DNA of 64,000 nucleotides, from assembly GCA_020724525.1 (NCBI GenBank), contig DYGU01000007.1, positions 1,435 through 65,434 on the forward strand, read 5' to 3'. A model generated the notes under the pieces. The model was not told the DNA's origin. It was given only the letters and a program-made list of their open reading frames with translations, and searched no databases. The stretch is from Dehalococcoides mccartyi. Lineage in GTDB: Bacteria; Chloroflexota; Dehalococcoidia; GIF9; DYGU01. Shown piece by piece: positions 41,872 through 53,387 of this stretch (its first letter is position 1; every line of letters begins with the position of its first letter). The translations under genes and the position numbers were made by a program.

Positions 41872-42411
41872 ATGCCAATAACAGTTTCAGGTAAAAGATA
41901 CGCTCAGGCTATTTTTGAAATTGCCCAAGAGGAAAACCAGCTTGAGCAATGGCGACTCAGCTTGAGAAAAATTGCTGAGGTAATGCAAGCCCCTGAGCTG
42001 GTGACTCTGTTAGAAAGCCCAAAACTCCCTTTTAATCTGAAAAGGGGGCTCCTTGGAGAACGACTAAAAGGGGTTAATCCCTTGTCCTTCAATTTAGCTT
42101 GCCTCTTAGTGGCTAAAGGAAGATTTAAAATTGCTAATAGTATCACTACTGAATATGAGCGTCTTTTAGACGCTTACTATGGTATAGAACATGCCGAAGT
42201 AACCACTGCCATCGCCCTCGATGATAAAAGTAAAAACGAATTATTACAAGACTTAGAATCATTTATCGGCAAAAAGGTTACCGCAGAACTTCAGGTTGAC
42301 CTTGGCATTGTTGGTGGGGTCGTCATTAAAATTGGTGACAAACTCATCGACGGTAGCACTAAAAATAAATTAACAGTTTTAAGGAAAAGCCTGATAGAAA
42401 CTGGAAGGTAA
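41872..42411 (+). CDS. atpH: F1 subunit delta
   Basis: KRYAQAIF, AEVTTA, GGVVIKIGD.LIDGS. Confidence 0.95.
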   Translation: MPITVSGKRYAQAIFEIAQEENQLEQWRLSLRKIAEVMQAPELVTLLESPKLPFNLKRGLLGERLKGVNPLSFNLACLLVAKGRFKIANSITTEYERLLDAYYGIEHAEVTTAIALDDKSKNELLQDLESFIGKKVTAELQVDLGIVGGVVIKIGDKLIDGSTKNKLTVLRKSLIETGR

Positions 42412-42428
42412 GTCTATAGGGGGTAAAT

Positions 42429-43940
42429 ATGACAATTCGGGGACAGGATATTGTTTCAGTAATCAAAGAACAAATTAAGCAATTTGGTGCTGCAGTGACT
42501 ATTGTAGACGTGGGAACAGTAATAGAAGTAGGAGATGGTATTGCTCGAATCCATGGAGTTGGCGGTGCCAAATACAATGAACTCCTGCAATTTCACAACG
42601 GAGCTATGGGATTGGTTCTCAACTTAGAAGAGGATAGCGTCGCCACTGTCATCCTGGGTGACTACAGCCAGATTAAAGAGGGTGATGAAGTCCGCTGCAC
42701 CGGTAGAGTAATTGAAGTCCCTGTCGGCGATGCCCTTATTGGTCGTGTCATTAACCCCCTTGGAGAGCCTTTGGATGGCAAAGGACCAATAAGAGCCACT
42801 AAAACCCGACCTGTGGAGCGAGTTGCCCCCCATGTAGTCTTAAGAAAGCCAGTCGATACCCCCGTCCACACAGGTATTAAAGCTATAGACAGTATGATCC
42901 CTATCGGGCGAGGTCAGAGGGAGCTCATTATTGGTGACCGGTCTACAGGTAAATCAGCTATTGCTATTGATACCATTATCAGCCAAAAAGGTGGCGACCT
43001 CATCTGTATTTATGTAGCCATTGGTCAGAAAACTTCCAAAGTAGCTCAGGTAGTGGCTACCTTAGAAAACTATGGAGCTATGGAACATACTATTGTAGTC
43101 GCCGCTAATGCTTCAGACTCGGCTCCATTACAATACCTGACTCCCTACTCTGGTTGTGCCATTGGCGAGGAATTTATGGAACAAGGAAAGCACGCTCTGG
43201 TTATTTACGACGACCTCTACAAACATGCCTGGGCTTATCGGCAACTTTCCCTTCTACTCCGGCGTCCCCCGGGACGAGAAGCTTACCCAGGTGACATCTT
43301 TTACCTCCACAGCCGACTCCTGGAACGAGCGGCTAAATTAGCCCCCGAATATGGTGGTGGTTCTCTTACCGCCTTACCGATAGTGGAAACCCAGGCTGGA
43401 GATGTTTCTGCTTATATACCCACCAATGTAATCTCTATCACCGATGGACAAATCTACTTAGAAACTGACCTCTTCAATGCTGGTATTCGCCCGGCAATGA
43501 ATGTCGGGCTTTCCGTATCCCGGGTAGGTGGTGCTGCCCAGACCCGAGCTATGAGGCAAGTATCTGGTAGATTAAGGCTTGAGTTAGCTCAATACCGAGA
43601 ATTAGCTGCCTTCGCCCAGTTCGGAACTGCTGAATTAGATAAAACTACCCGAGCCCAGTTAGAGCGAGGCCAGCGTATCACTGAAGTATTAAAACAGCCT
43701 CAGTATTCACCCATGCCTCTGGGAAAAGAAGTTACTATCCTCTATAGCGTTATTAATGGCTACCTTGACGATGTGCCCGTTGCCAAAATTGCCTCTTTTG
43801 AGTCTAACTTCCACCGTTTCCTGGAGACTAACCACCCTGAAATAGGACAAAGTATTGCTAAAGAAAAAGAACTCAAACCAGAAATAGAAGAAGCCCTGAA
43901 GGCAGCTATTCTGGAATTTAAGCAAAGTATAACTTATTAA
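42429..43940 (+). CDS. atpA: F1 subunit alpha
   Basis: [36 protein letters not shown]. Confidence 0.98.
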   Translation: MTIRGQDIVSVIKEQIKQFGAAVTIVDVGTVIEVGDGIARIHGVGGAKYNELLQFHNGAMGLVLNLEEDSVATVILGDYSQIKEGDEVRCTGRVIEVPVGDALIGRVINPLGEPLDGKGPIRATKTRPVERVAPHVVLRKPVDTPVHTGIKAIDSMIPIGRGQRELIIGDRSTGKSAIAIDTIISQKGGDLICIYVAIGQKTSKVAQVVATLENYGAMEHTIVVAANASDSAPLQYLTPYSGCAIGEEFMEQGKHALVIYDDLYKHAWAYRQLSLLLRRPPGREAYPGDIFYLHSRLLERAAKLAPEYGGGSLTALPIVETQAGDVSAYIPTNVISITDGQIYLETDLFNAGIRPAMNVGLSVSRVGGAAQTRAMRQVSGRLRLELAQYRELAAFAQFGTAELDKTTRAQLERGQRITEVLKQPQYSPMPLGKEVTILYSVINGYLDDVPVAKIASFESNFHRFLETNHPEIGQSIAKEKELKPEIEEALKAAILEFKQSITY

Positions 43941-43946
43941 GACAAA

Positions 43947-44807
43947 ATGATCAGCCCACGTCTTCTCCGGCGGCGAATACGCAGCATTCAGAGCACAGCC
44001 AAGATTACTAAAGCTATGGAAATGATTGCTACGGCTAGAATGCGCCGAGCCCAGGAGCAAGCTTTAGCTGGACGTCCCTATGCCGAAAAAATAAGCCGGG
44101 TTATCGCTGATTTAGCTGCTCAACCTCAAGACAATGGTGCCATTCATCCACTACTGGAGAGACGCGAGGTTAAAAAAATCGCTATACTCCATATCACTAC
44201 TGATAGGGGATTATGCGGTGGGCTTAATGCCAACATGAACCGTATGGTTGCCACCTTCATTTTAGAACAAACAGTTCCGGTCGTTCTTATCACTGTAGGG
44301 CGCAAAGGGCGGGACTTTATGCTCCGTCACGCCCGTAATCTCAGAGCTGAATTTACTGGAATTGGTGATAGACCTACTTTGATGGATACTCTCCCCATCT
44401 CTCGAGTCGTCATTGATGACTACACTACCGGTTATGTGGACTTGGTTTACTTAGCTTATTCTCGCTTTACTTCAACCATGGTCCAACGTCCAACATTAGA
44501 GCCACTACTTCCAGTAGAGCCAGCAGTTTTCCCTAAAACAGAAAGTTTAGAATATATTTATGAGCCTGCCCCCCATTTCGTCCTGGGTCAGCTCTTACCC
44601 CGATTTGTTCAAATAGAAGTATACCATGCTATTCTGGAAGCTATTGCCAGCGAACAGTCAGCTCGGATGGTAGCTATGCGCAACGCTACTGAGAATGCCA
44701 ATGAGCTTATTGAGGACTTAATAATCACCCTAAATAAAGCCCGACAGGAAATGATTACCAAGGAACTTCTTGATATTACCGGAGGTGCTGAAGCCCTGGC
44801 TAAATGA
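43947..44807 (+). CDS. atpG: F1 subunit gamma
   Basis: ITKAMEMIA, DRGLCGG, SEQSARMVAM, NKARQ.ITKE. Confidence 0.97.
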   Translation: MISPRLLRRRIRSIQSTAKITKAMEMIATARMRRAQEQALAGRPYAEKISRVIADLAAQPQDNGAIHPLLERREVKKIAILHITTDRGLCGGLNANMNRMVATFILEQTVPVVLITVGRKGRDFMLRHARNLRAEFTGIGDRPTLMDTLPISRVVIDDYTTGYVDLVYLAYSRFTSTMVQRPTLEPLLPVEPAVFPKTESLEYIYEPAPHFVLGQLLPRFVQIEVYHAILEAIASEQSARMVAMRNATENANELIEDLIITLNKARQEMITKELLDITGGAEALAK

Positions 44808-44954
44808 TGGAAGAAAGAAACTGCTAAGCAATGGCTATCAGCCGGGAGGAATTTGAAAGGGTGAAGAGGTTTTGCCCTTGACCAGTTCTTGAAACAGGAA
44901 TATTGTTAAGATAGAAGTTTGAAAATCGAATGTTAGACACAACGGAGGGATAGA

Positions 44955-45317
44955 ATGGAAATTTTTGGAGCTGCCATCACTTTGCTTTCAATTGTTATTG
45001 CTGTGCAAACCTGGAGAAATGGAAAATTGGTGAGAGAGATGCTCAGGACAATTCATGGGGAAGGAGAAAAAAGACACGGAGAGGTAATAAAACTGTTTGA
45101 GAAAATGGATGAAAGGTTTGAGAAACTGTTTGAGAAAATGGATGAAAGGTTTGAGAAACTGTTTGAGAAAATGGATGAAAGGTTTGAGAAAATGGATGAA
45201 AGGTTTGAGAAACTGTTTGACAAAATGGATGAGAGGACTGCTAAAATTGCTGAGCTGGTTGAAAAAATTCCAGAAAAGACAGCAAAGATTGTTTTAAATC
45301 TGAGCCAAAAGAGCTAA
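44955..45317 (+). CDS. Membrane-anchored coiled-coil repeat protein inserted between atpG and atpD
   Basis: GGAGG RBS; hydrophobic N-terminus; (KLFEKMDERFE)n repeats. Confidence 0.75.
   Translation: MEIFGAAITLLSIVIAVQTWRNGKLVREMLRTIHGEGEKRHGEVIKLFEKMDERFEKLFEKMDERFEKLFEKMDERFEKMDERFEKLFDKMDERTAKIAELVEKIPEKTAKIVLNLSQKS
45090..45236 (+). repeat. In-frame tandem repeat (33 bp x3, 21 bp, partial 33 bp)
   Basis: Unit AAACTGTTTGAGAAAATGGATGAAAGGTTTGAG is exact three times. Confidence 0.95.
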
Positions 45318-45399
45318 GTTCACAAATAAACTTGGATATAAACTGCCTGAAGAAGGTTCCAAGCCTCTTAGTTAAGATGGGAAATTCTGGCACAGGTGA

Positions 45400-46799
<1,400 letters not shown>

Positions 46800-46800
<1 letters not shown>

Positions 46801-47225
46801 TGTTAACTTTCAGATTAGAGATTGTTACCGCCGAACGTCTGGCTTTTGCCGATGACGTTAATGTACTGGTTGCCCCCGGTATTGAAGGGCAATTAGGCAT
46901 TTTACCCCACCATGCCCCTTTAATGACTATGCTCCAGCCTGGGGAACTCCTTATCAGGAAAGATAACGAGGAAATATACTGGGCAATCACCGGCGGCTTC
47001 CTTGAGGTGCGTCCCGATAAAGTAATAATCTTAGCCGCTGCCTGCGAGCAGGCTGACGAAATTGACCTTGCCCGGGCTGAAGTAGCTAAACGCCGGGCTG
47101 AAGAACGACTAAAACAGAGAGTTCCTGATGTTGACTATGCTGCGGCTGAAGCTGCCCTCTGCCGCTCCCTCGCCCGACTAAAAGTAGCCGAGAGAAGACG
47201 CCGCAAACCGAAAAGCATACCCTAA
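46800..47225 (+). CDS. atpC: F1 subunit epsilon
   Basis: EIVTAER, GQLGILPHHAP, GGFLEV, ID..RA. Confidence 0.96.
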
Positions 47226-47254
47226 TTGAAACAGGCTTTTGCTTAGCCATCCCC

Positions 47255-47395
47255 CACGATCACTACTACCAGTAAAAGTTCCATTGATGGTGCTGATTGT
47301 CCTTACTCTGTAATTAGTCCCCGAAACCTGATTTGAGGGTATCAGCCAGCTATAAGAACCACTGTCACCAGTTCCCACCGGCACAAAGGTGGTCA
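47255..47395 (-). pseudogene. Fragment of a Ser/Thr-rich Ig-like surface-protein domain
   Basis: GSYSWLIPSNQVSGTNYRVR..S..SD motif; no start context. Confidence 0.4.
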
Positions 47396-47399
47396 ATCT

Positions 47400-47693
47400 T
47401 TATTTATATTTATGCTCTCTTAGATGCTCCTCAAAAAGTCGCTTAAGCTCTCTAAGTTCACCCCCAAATCCTTTAAGCTCATCATTAAATCTTTCCAGCC
47501 TTCCCTCAAATCCCATCAGCCTTTCTTCAACTCCCCCCAGCCTTTGCTCAAGTCCCCCCAGCCTTCCCACCACCTGACCCAATCTCTCCCGCATATCACC
47601 AAAGCCGCGCACGAAGACTACTAAAATGGCACCAAGAAAGCCAAAAACACCTAAAATAAGCGCCACCATTAACGGAATAACTACCTCAAACAT
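47400..47693 (-). CDS. Small membrane-anchored heptad coiled-coil protein
   Basis: N-terminal TM helix, then RLGQVVG RLGGLEQ RLGGVEE RLMGFEG heptads. Confidence 0.7.
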   Translation of the reverse strand: MFEVVIPLMVALILGVFGFLGAILVVFVRGFGDMRERLGQVVGRLGGLEQRLGGVEERLMGFEGRLERFNDELKGFGGELRELKRLFEEHLREHKYK

Positions 47694-47779
47694 GCCCCCG
47701 TCTTAGTCTCCTTGCCTTACATTATTTCCAGTCTGACTCTTGTCTTTTTCCGTATTTCCCTTTGTCAGAGTAGACATTC

Positions 47780-48832
47780 TCATAGAAACTCACCAATCCT
47801 TGTTAGTGCCTCTACCCTCTTCTCTACGGGCGGGTGCGTATCCCACAGCCTATCTATCCATGACGGATTGCGCGGCTGAAGTTGCCACCTATCGGCATAA
47901 GGGAGCGCTGCCATCTCTTTCGCAACCAATTCATCATTCAGGGTGTCTATTTTTCGTAAAGCACTTGCCATTATCTCATGATTTATTAGTTCAGCGCTGA
48001 ATCCATCGGCGATGTATTCCTGCCTCCTGCTTAAATGGAATGCTAAGATAGAGGCGAGCTTGGCTATCACCTTTGTTATGAACCCCCCGATGGTTAGAAA
48101 CCACCCGAACATCGCTACCGCCAAACCTCCACCCCTTTTCTCTCTGGGAGTCACGGCTTCTATTGCCAGTCCTACACCAGTCATCGCCAAGCCTATAATT
48201 ATGCACAAGGTGCCAATCTTATCAAAAATCTCTATCCAGGAAAGCACGAATGACCACTTTAAGCAGTCAAGATTCTTGATGTGACCTATTTCATGTCCTA
48301 AGATTGCGGCTAATTCTTCCTTTGTAATCTTCCCACCTTGATACGCCTCTATTAGTCCTCTTGTGACACAAACATGGCTGCCAGAAGTACTTGCATAAGC
48401 CAATGCGTTAATTTCGGGTGTCTTGGCAAGCATCAATTTTGGGGATTTAGTCAAGCCTGCCTTTATTGAAAGCTCGCCGAGCGAGTTTAGGACCTCTGGA
48501 GGGGCATCCGTAAAGGGTTTTACCCCCTGTAGTGATAAGGGTGTTAATATATAAGCTGAGAAAAGTGCAATCGTAAAGCCAACAAGGAAGATGACAGGTA
48601 TCATCTGTGGTATGCCATAGGCGAAAGGTATTAGAATAAGAGTAATTGCGACAAAGATTGCGATAGTATAAAGCCAGCTTTTTACCACCTCCTCTTTCCT
48701 TTCTTTTTCAAGTAGCACTTTAGAGAAATCGTCCCAAGTCAAAGCTTTTCCTGTTTTAGCAGAAAGCTTCGCCTTCCATATCCTCAGTCTTTGGTAACTA
48801 TCTTCGCTGAGTGTAAGCTTTTTTTCTTCCAC
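47780..48832 (-). CDS. M48 (HtpX-like) membrane zinc protease with an extra N-terminal domain
   Basis: INALA, HEIGH, SRRQEYIAD, THPP; TM helices. Confidence 0.88.
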   Translation of the reverse strand: MEEKKLTLSEDSYQRLRIWKAKLSAKTGKALTWDDFSKVLLEKERKEEVVKSWLYTIAIFVAITLILIPFAYGIPQMIPVIFLVGFTIALFSAYILTPLSLQGVKPFTDAPPEVLNSLGELSIKAGLTKSPKLMLAKTPEINALAYASTSGSHVCVTRGLIEAYQGGKITKEELAAILGHEIGHIKNLDCLKWSFVLSWIEIFDKIGTLCIIIGLAMTGVGLAIEAVTPREKRGGGLAVAMFGWFLTIGGFITKVIAKLASILAFHLSRRQEYIADGFSAELINHEIMASALRKIDTLNDELVAKEMAALPYADRWQLQPRNPSWIDRLWDTHPPVEKRVEALTRIGEFL

Positions 48833-48924
48833 AGTTCCTCATTTTAGGAAAAGCGATAAATACTATAGTAAGCGAGAATGCTGAAAAAGTCTCAGATTTA
48901 CCCTTGAGCTATCTGCTATTCTAG

Positions 48925-49015
48925 GAGCGTGTGTGAGTAATCACTGCCGCAGATTCGAAATTGCTGAAAAACAGTTCTTTACCAGATTCGGGCGGGATAT
49001 TACTCACACAGCCTC
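48925..49015. mobile_element. 91-bp MITE-like element
   Basis: TIRs GAG(CG/GC)TGTGTGAGTAAT, flanked by CTAG on both sides (48921-48924, 49016-49019). Confidence 0.65.
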
Positions 49016-49094
49016 CTAGGGTATCGTCCACTCACTAAATCTGTTAAGGAGTATATCGGATGCTGAGAGCAAAATCAAGCCAACTTTACCTTCA

Positions 49095-50432
49095 GTAACT
49101 GTCAACTGTTGGTCGGTGAGAATCCAGGATGACCATCAAGTTAAACCTCCAGAACTCCGTGAGCTAACGTCCTTAGAAGTTGAACCCAGGGGCGATTCTG
49201 GTGTGGTCCAGAGAGAGCTGGCAAGCCTTTAAGCCAGTTTATCTACATTGCCTTCTATTGCCCCCAGTTCTCTAAGACCATCACCATTTATCTCCAGCCT
49301 ATAGCCTCTTAGACCAAAGGAGTTTTCCATTAGATATCCCCTTAACCTGGCAATTTCTTTAGCCTCCTCACCAGATGTTTTTTGTTGGACTTTGATTAAA
49401 ATTCTGTCTACTTTATCAACTTCACCCCCGATGCAGGCTTGATATATTTCCCTGGCAAGCTCAGTGTCTACTGCCTGGACAAGAGCTCTTTTCAAGTGAA
49501 ACCGGCTCAGCTCGTAGATGCCACCAAAGAGCTGAGCCCCCTCCTTTATCCAGGGGGCACCATCACCACCTACTATTACCCTCCCCACCTTAGATAGGTC
49601 ATATTTTCTAGCCAGAGCCAGGGAGAAACCTTCCCAGAATCTATCCCCATCCATAATCCCGGTATAAACTGTCTTTTCTTTTACCCGATATCGGTCTTTA
49701 CTCGCCTTTTCCCAGCCTTCATAGGCAATACCAGCTTTTACCTCAACCCGTTTTGCTTCTTCCCTCTGAAGGGCAATATTTGTACCATCAGCTTCAACAA
49801 AAAGATAAGGGAGTACTTTACCCTCGGTCTCCGGGATTACCCCACCTTCATAGACCTCTTCTATCCCTTTTTCCTCCTGTTTCAGATAGGGGTCAATAAC
49901 TTTGGCTACAAGGTGATGAATTGAAGTGTGGGAGATGCCTGAAGGAAGTATTGCCCTCAGGATTTCCTCAGATCTCTGGAAAGGGAAATGGCTGGAGATA
50001 AAAGTTGAAAGCTCCTTTACCTCAGGGCTTACATGACAGCCTTTATCCAGTCCCATCCTCTCATCCAGGAGGAAACGGTACTCACCATTGTTATCCCGGT
50101 ATAGCCTCCGCTTTATCCTGATATCACCGAAAACTGTGATTATTCGGTGTTCTCTCAAGCCTTCTACCTTAAGGTTTTGGTCTTTCTCCTTCATCAGCTC
50201 TTCGTCTACACCTTCCAGTAACACTTTAGTTATCTCCTGGGCTAAACTACAAGCCCGGTTAAAGATTTCCTCTTCCCACCTCCCCACATCCCCCTTTAGT
50301 TTTACTTGAAGTTTATCTATACTTTCCATCAAGAGACCTCCTTAATCCAAAGATTACCCTGACAGGGCATCCCGGATTCTGCGAGGTTTCTCTTTTCTTT
50401 TCAACCCCAACCGAGCAAAATGTTACAGTATC
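49095..50432 (-). mobile_element. ISLre2-family insertion sequence (internally deleted)
   Basis: 9-bp TSD TTACCTTCA (49086-49094, 50433-50441), imperfect terminal IRs, transposase inside. Confidence 0.85.
49229..50332 (-). pseudogene. ISLre2/UPF0236 transposase, C-terminally truncated
   Basis: TVFGD....RR.Y, VEADG, GGDGA.WI, L.RFH, GAIEGNVDK; the orphan C-terminus (GPHQNRPWVQLLR) follows out of frame. Confidence 0.85.
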
Positions 50433-50441
50433 TTACCTTCA

Positions 50442-50997
50442 AATGAGTGTCGCAACGAATGGACAGATACATCTCAGTTATTGCTGCTCTTCCTTTTGCA
50501 TGATGGAAAATTTGCTGGACTGTCCGCTCTGAAATTGGGATAGTTTGAACCACGCTTGGCTTCTTTAACACCCTATTGTATTAGGAATTTCAGAGACTCA
50601 CCGCCTGACCGTAATAAACTCTGGAAACCTTCTCCTTTTCAATCAAGTGAAGTAAATACCCTTTGATGCCTTCTTCACATAGCTCATCGGGAGTCTGTAT
50701 GAAATGATGAAGATGGCGATTGATATGGTGCAGATAAGCCTTTCGGGTCCTGGGGCTATGTCCCTCAATTTCAGCTCTCTCTGCATCGTTCAAAGTTCTC
50801 TCTCTTCGCTTTTGAAATTCTGAGAATTGCAAAAGAGGGTCTATGTCTACTTGTTGTCCGGCAAAAACCGATAGGATTTCGCTTAGAATTTCATCAGAGT
50901 ATGGAACAATGCAGAACTTTTTTGTGAATGCTATTTGCTACCTTCAACAGCCTTGATTTTTGCCACATGAGCCGGGTTTGTATGGGAAAGTAATCGT
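50442..50997 (-). pseudogene. Integron-like tyrosine recombinase remnant B
   Basis: ITFPY..VAKIK.V.GSK*H N-terminus, SPRTRKAYL..I..YL.HL SAM-like domain, RTVQQIF and SVHSLRHSF; frameshifts and deletions. Confidence 0.8.
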
Positions 50998-51136
50998 GCC
51001 TAAAGAAAACGAGAAAGACCTGGAAGAGGTTCCGGAGCATATTAAAAGTGAGCTCCAGTTCATTGTATTGGACAGTATTGACCAGGCTTCGGAAGTCGCC
51101 CTCAAAGTCCCTGAAGAAGCCAAAAGGTGGATTTAA
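50987..51136 (+). pseudogene. Lon protease C-terminal fragment
   Basis: KVIVPKENEKDLEEVPEHIKSELQFIVLDSIDQ..EVAL. Confidence 0.7.
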
Positions 51137-51817
51137 TCTTTATCCACGGCTCCAGTAATACCAAAGAAGTCTGGTATTATCAGACTACTTATTTCCCTGA
51201 TTCTGAAGCCATTAATCTCCCCGGACATCTTCATGAGGGTCAGCCTAAAACCAGTGTTGATGATTATGGGGAATGGTTGCATGAGTATATTCTGAAGTAA
51301 AGTTACAAAGAGCCAGTTTTAGCCGGTCATTCTTTAGAGGGGCTATTGCTCAGACTTATGCTTTAAAATACCCTGATAGCCTGAAAGCTCTTATATTGGT
51401 GGCTACTGGTGCCCGACTGCGTGTCCATCCTGATTTCCTGGCGGTGATAGCAGCCGGAATAGCCGAGCCCTCAAAATGACTTAAAGAATTTGTTGAACCG
51501 TTATATGCCAGAGTTCCTCTGGAGCTCAGAGCGATAGTGATAAAGAAAGTAATTGAAGTTGGTGTGACTGTCCCGCTTAACGATTTTCAGTGCTGTGATA
51601 AATTTGACATTATGGACAGAGTTCATGAAATTAAATGTCCCACTCTTATTTTTGTAGCACTGATGATAACCTGACGCCGGTAAAATACAACCAGTATTTA
51701 GCTAATAAGATTGCCGGTGCTCGTTTGGTTGTCATTGACGGTGGCACTCACTTTGTCTTCATAGAAAAACCCGATGAAGTCAACCGGGCAATAGACAAAT
51801 TCTTACAGACTCTGTAG
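51127..51817 (+). pseudogene. Alpha/beta hydrolase pseudogene
   Basis: LIFIHGS, NLPGH, GHSL(GG) frameshifted, GTHFVFIEKP; internal TAA/TGA stops. Confidence 0.8.
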
Positions 51818-51907
51818 AGCCTCCAAAGTAACTACCAGTCTTTCACAGCCTTAATTTGAATTCTGGCGCTTTGAACAATTTAGACGATTGCGCAGGCTTT
51901 TCACACG

Positions 51908-51989
51908 GCCTAACGGTATCGGTATAAAAGAAGTTCGGCAAAGCCGAATTTGAACGGAGCGGAGTGAAGTCTTTTACACCGTGTTAGGT
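51908..51989 (-). other. attC-like integron recombination site
   Basis: ACCTAAC (R'') ... GTTAGGC (R') on minus strand; pairing inner arms CGGTATAAAAGA/TCTTTTACACCG and central TTCGGC-GCCGAA hairpin; 82 bp. Confidence 0.8.
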
Positions 51990-52031
51990 GAAGTCATGGA
52001 CGAAAGGGATATTCTCCACTTTCCCAAACTG

Positions 52032-52205
52032 CTACTGCAAAGGTTTCCCGCATAATGGGCATGATGTCAGTGTTGGTCCAAATAATTGTCGGAGAACTCC
52101 ACTCCCATAAACGCATTCTGCACATATAAAGTGTGTATTAGGACAGACTTTTCCTCCATAAACATCCTTTTCTTTACCGCAAGCATCGCATTTTCTCTTT
52201 GGCAT
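52032..52205 (-). CDS. 57-aa C3HC4 RING-finger-like zinc protein
   Basis: AAGGAG RBS; MPKRKCDACGKEKDVYGGKVCPNTHFICAECVYGSGVLRQLFGPTLTSCPLCGKPLQ; absent from the ORF track. Confidence 0.8.
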   Translation of the reverse strand: MPKRKCDACGKEKDVYGGKVCPNTHFICAECVYGSGVLRQLFGPTLTSCPLCGKPLQ

Positions 52206-52218
52206 CTTTGAACTCCTT

Positions 52219-53046
52219 TCACTTTAGCCATCTTCCAAAGCGGTCAAGAAATCTGCCTTTGGGCAATTGTTGCTCGATCTCGGTAAGATCTTTCTTTGCT
52301 TCAGCAATCCAATAATCTCCTAATTCTTTCTCCTCCTCTTGTAAAACGCCCCGATGAGGATGTGAAGAGGCCAATAAAACCTTCTTGAGTTCCTTGGCTG
52401 CCGAAGTAATGTCCCCTTTCTCCCTATATAGCTTGCCCAACTTATATCCACAAACAAGTTCTCCAATCGTAGGTGGCTCGTCTGGACTACGAGATTCGTG
52501 ACGTTCTACTATTTTGAGACATTTTATGGCATACTCTATATCACGCGTAGCCCAAAGGTCCCCGAGCAACAAATACAAAAAGGCTATTTGGGGGAAGTCC
52601 TTTAACAAGTATAATGCATCGTCTCTCTTTCCTTTTTCTCGCAACAAGTCGCCAAAAACCGTGCGAGGAATTGGAGTCGTCATGAGATCTCTTAACATGC
52701 CCACTTTAGCTACATTCTTCTTGAGATCAATTCTATCTTCAAGGAAATCCATATACGCTACAAACTGCTCATGGCTTTCTTTACCTAGGACAAACCTCTG
52801 TAATTCTTGACCTGATAGACCTATAATCTTACCTATAGCCTGCCTAGCACGAAGTAGCTCTTCTTGAGCCTTTTCTAAATCCCCTTGTTTGGCATATATA
52901 TGCATCAGAAGACCATAAACAATGGCTTCCTCAACAGGGTTGAGTCTTGCCTGAACTGCACTCCTGCACTTTGTTATCACTTGAGCTGGATTCTCGACTC
53001 TTTCAAATGAATTCAAACATTCAAAAAAGAGCTGTTCTGTCTCCAT
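52219..53046 (-). CDS. TPR-like helical repeat protein (cassette gene)
   Basis: AGGAGGTG RBS; IYAKQGDLEKAQEEL, LLLGDLW..AIKCL, LGKLYREKGD..AAKEL TPR-like motifs. Confidence 0.75.
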   Translation of the reverse strand: METEQLFFECLNSFERVENPAQVITKCRSAVQARLNPVEEAIVYGLLMHIYAKQGDLEKAQEELLRARQAIGKIIGLSGQELQRFVLGKESHEQFVAYMDFLEDRIDLKKNVAKVGMLRDLMTTPIPRTVFGDLLREKGKRDDALYLLKDFPQIAFLYLLLGDLWATRDIEYAIKCLKIVERHESRSPDEPPTIGELVCGYKLGKLYREKGDITSAAKELKKVLLASSHPHRGVLQEEEKELGDYWIAEAKKDLTEIEQQLPKGRFLDRFGRWLK

Positions 53047-53109
53047 TTTTTATCACACCTCCTACATGTACTGTCTCACCTGGAGTTTTATCCCCTCGTC
53101 CACAATTTC

Positions 53110-53127
53110 GCCTAACTTGTGCATAAC
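53110..53127 (-). other. attI-like core site between integrase and first cassette
   Basis: Minus strand GTTATGC-ACAA-GTTAGGC just after the integrase C-terminus. Confidence 0.55.
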
Positions 53128-53129
53128 CC

Positions 53130-53387
53130 GCACTGCGCTTATTTTTCCATTTTAGCTTCATTCTATCTAACCAGCTTTGAAGTTTCCCCAGCATCTTGTT
53201 GGAAATGTGGGTATAAACTTCTGTTGTCTTGCTACTGTTATATCCAAAGAACACTCCAATACTTCTGTTTTGGATGCTATTTGCTACCTTTAACAGGCTT
53301 GATTTTCGCTACATAAGCCAGGTTGTATGGGAAAGTAATCGTTATTCTCCCCACCATTCCCCTGCTGATTTTTATATTCGCTCTCAT
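53130..53387 (-). pseudogene. Integron-like tyrosine recombinase remnant A (N-terminus joined to C-terminus)
   Basis: ITFPYNLAYVAKIKPVKGSK*HPKQKYWSV joined to G.NSSKTTEVYTHISNK.LGKLQS.LD (catalytic Tyr region). Confidence 0.78.

Noticed and set aside
44804-44880. Possible HEPN N-terminal remnant after atpG
   Set aside because: Similarity too short and weak to support
45090-45236. 33-bp repeats as a CRISPR array
   Set aside because: Repeats are contiguous with no spacers, in-frame within an ORF, and no cas genes are present
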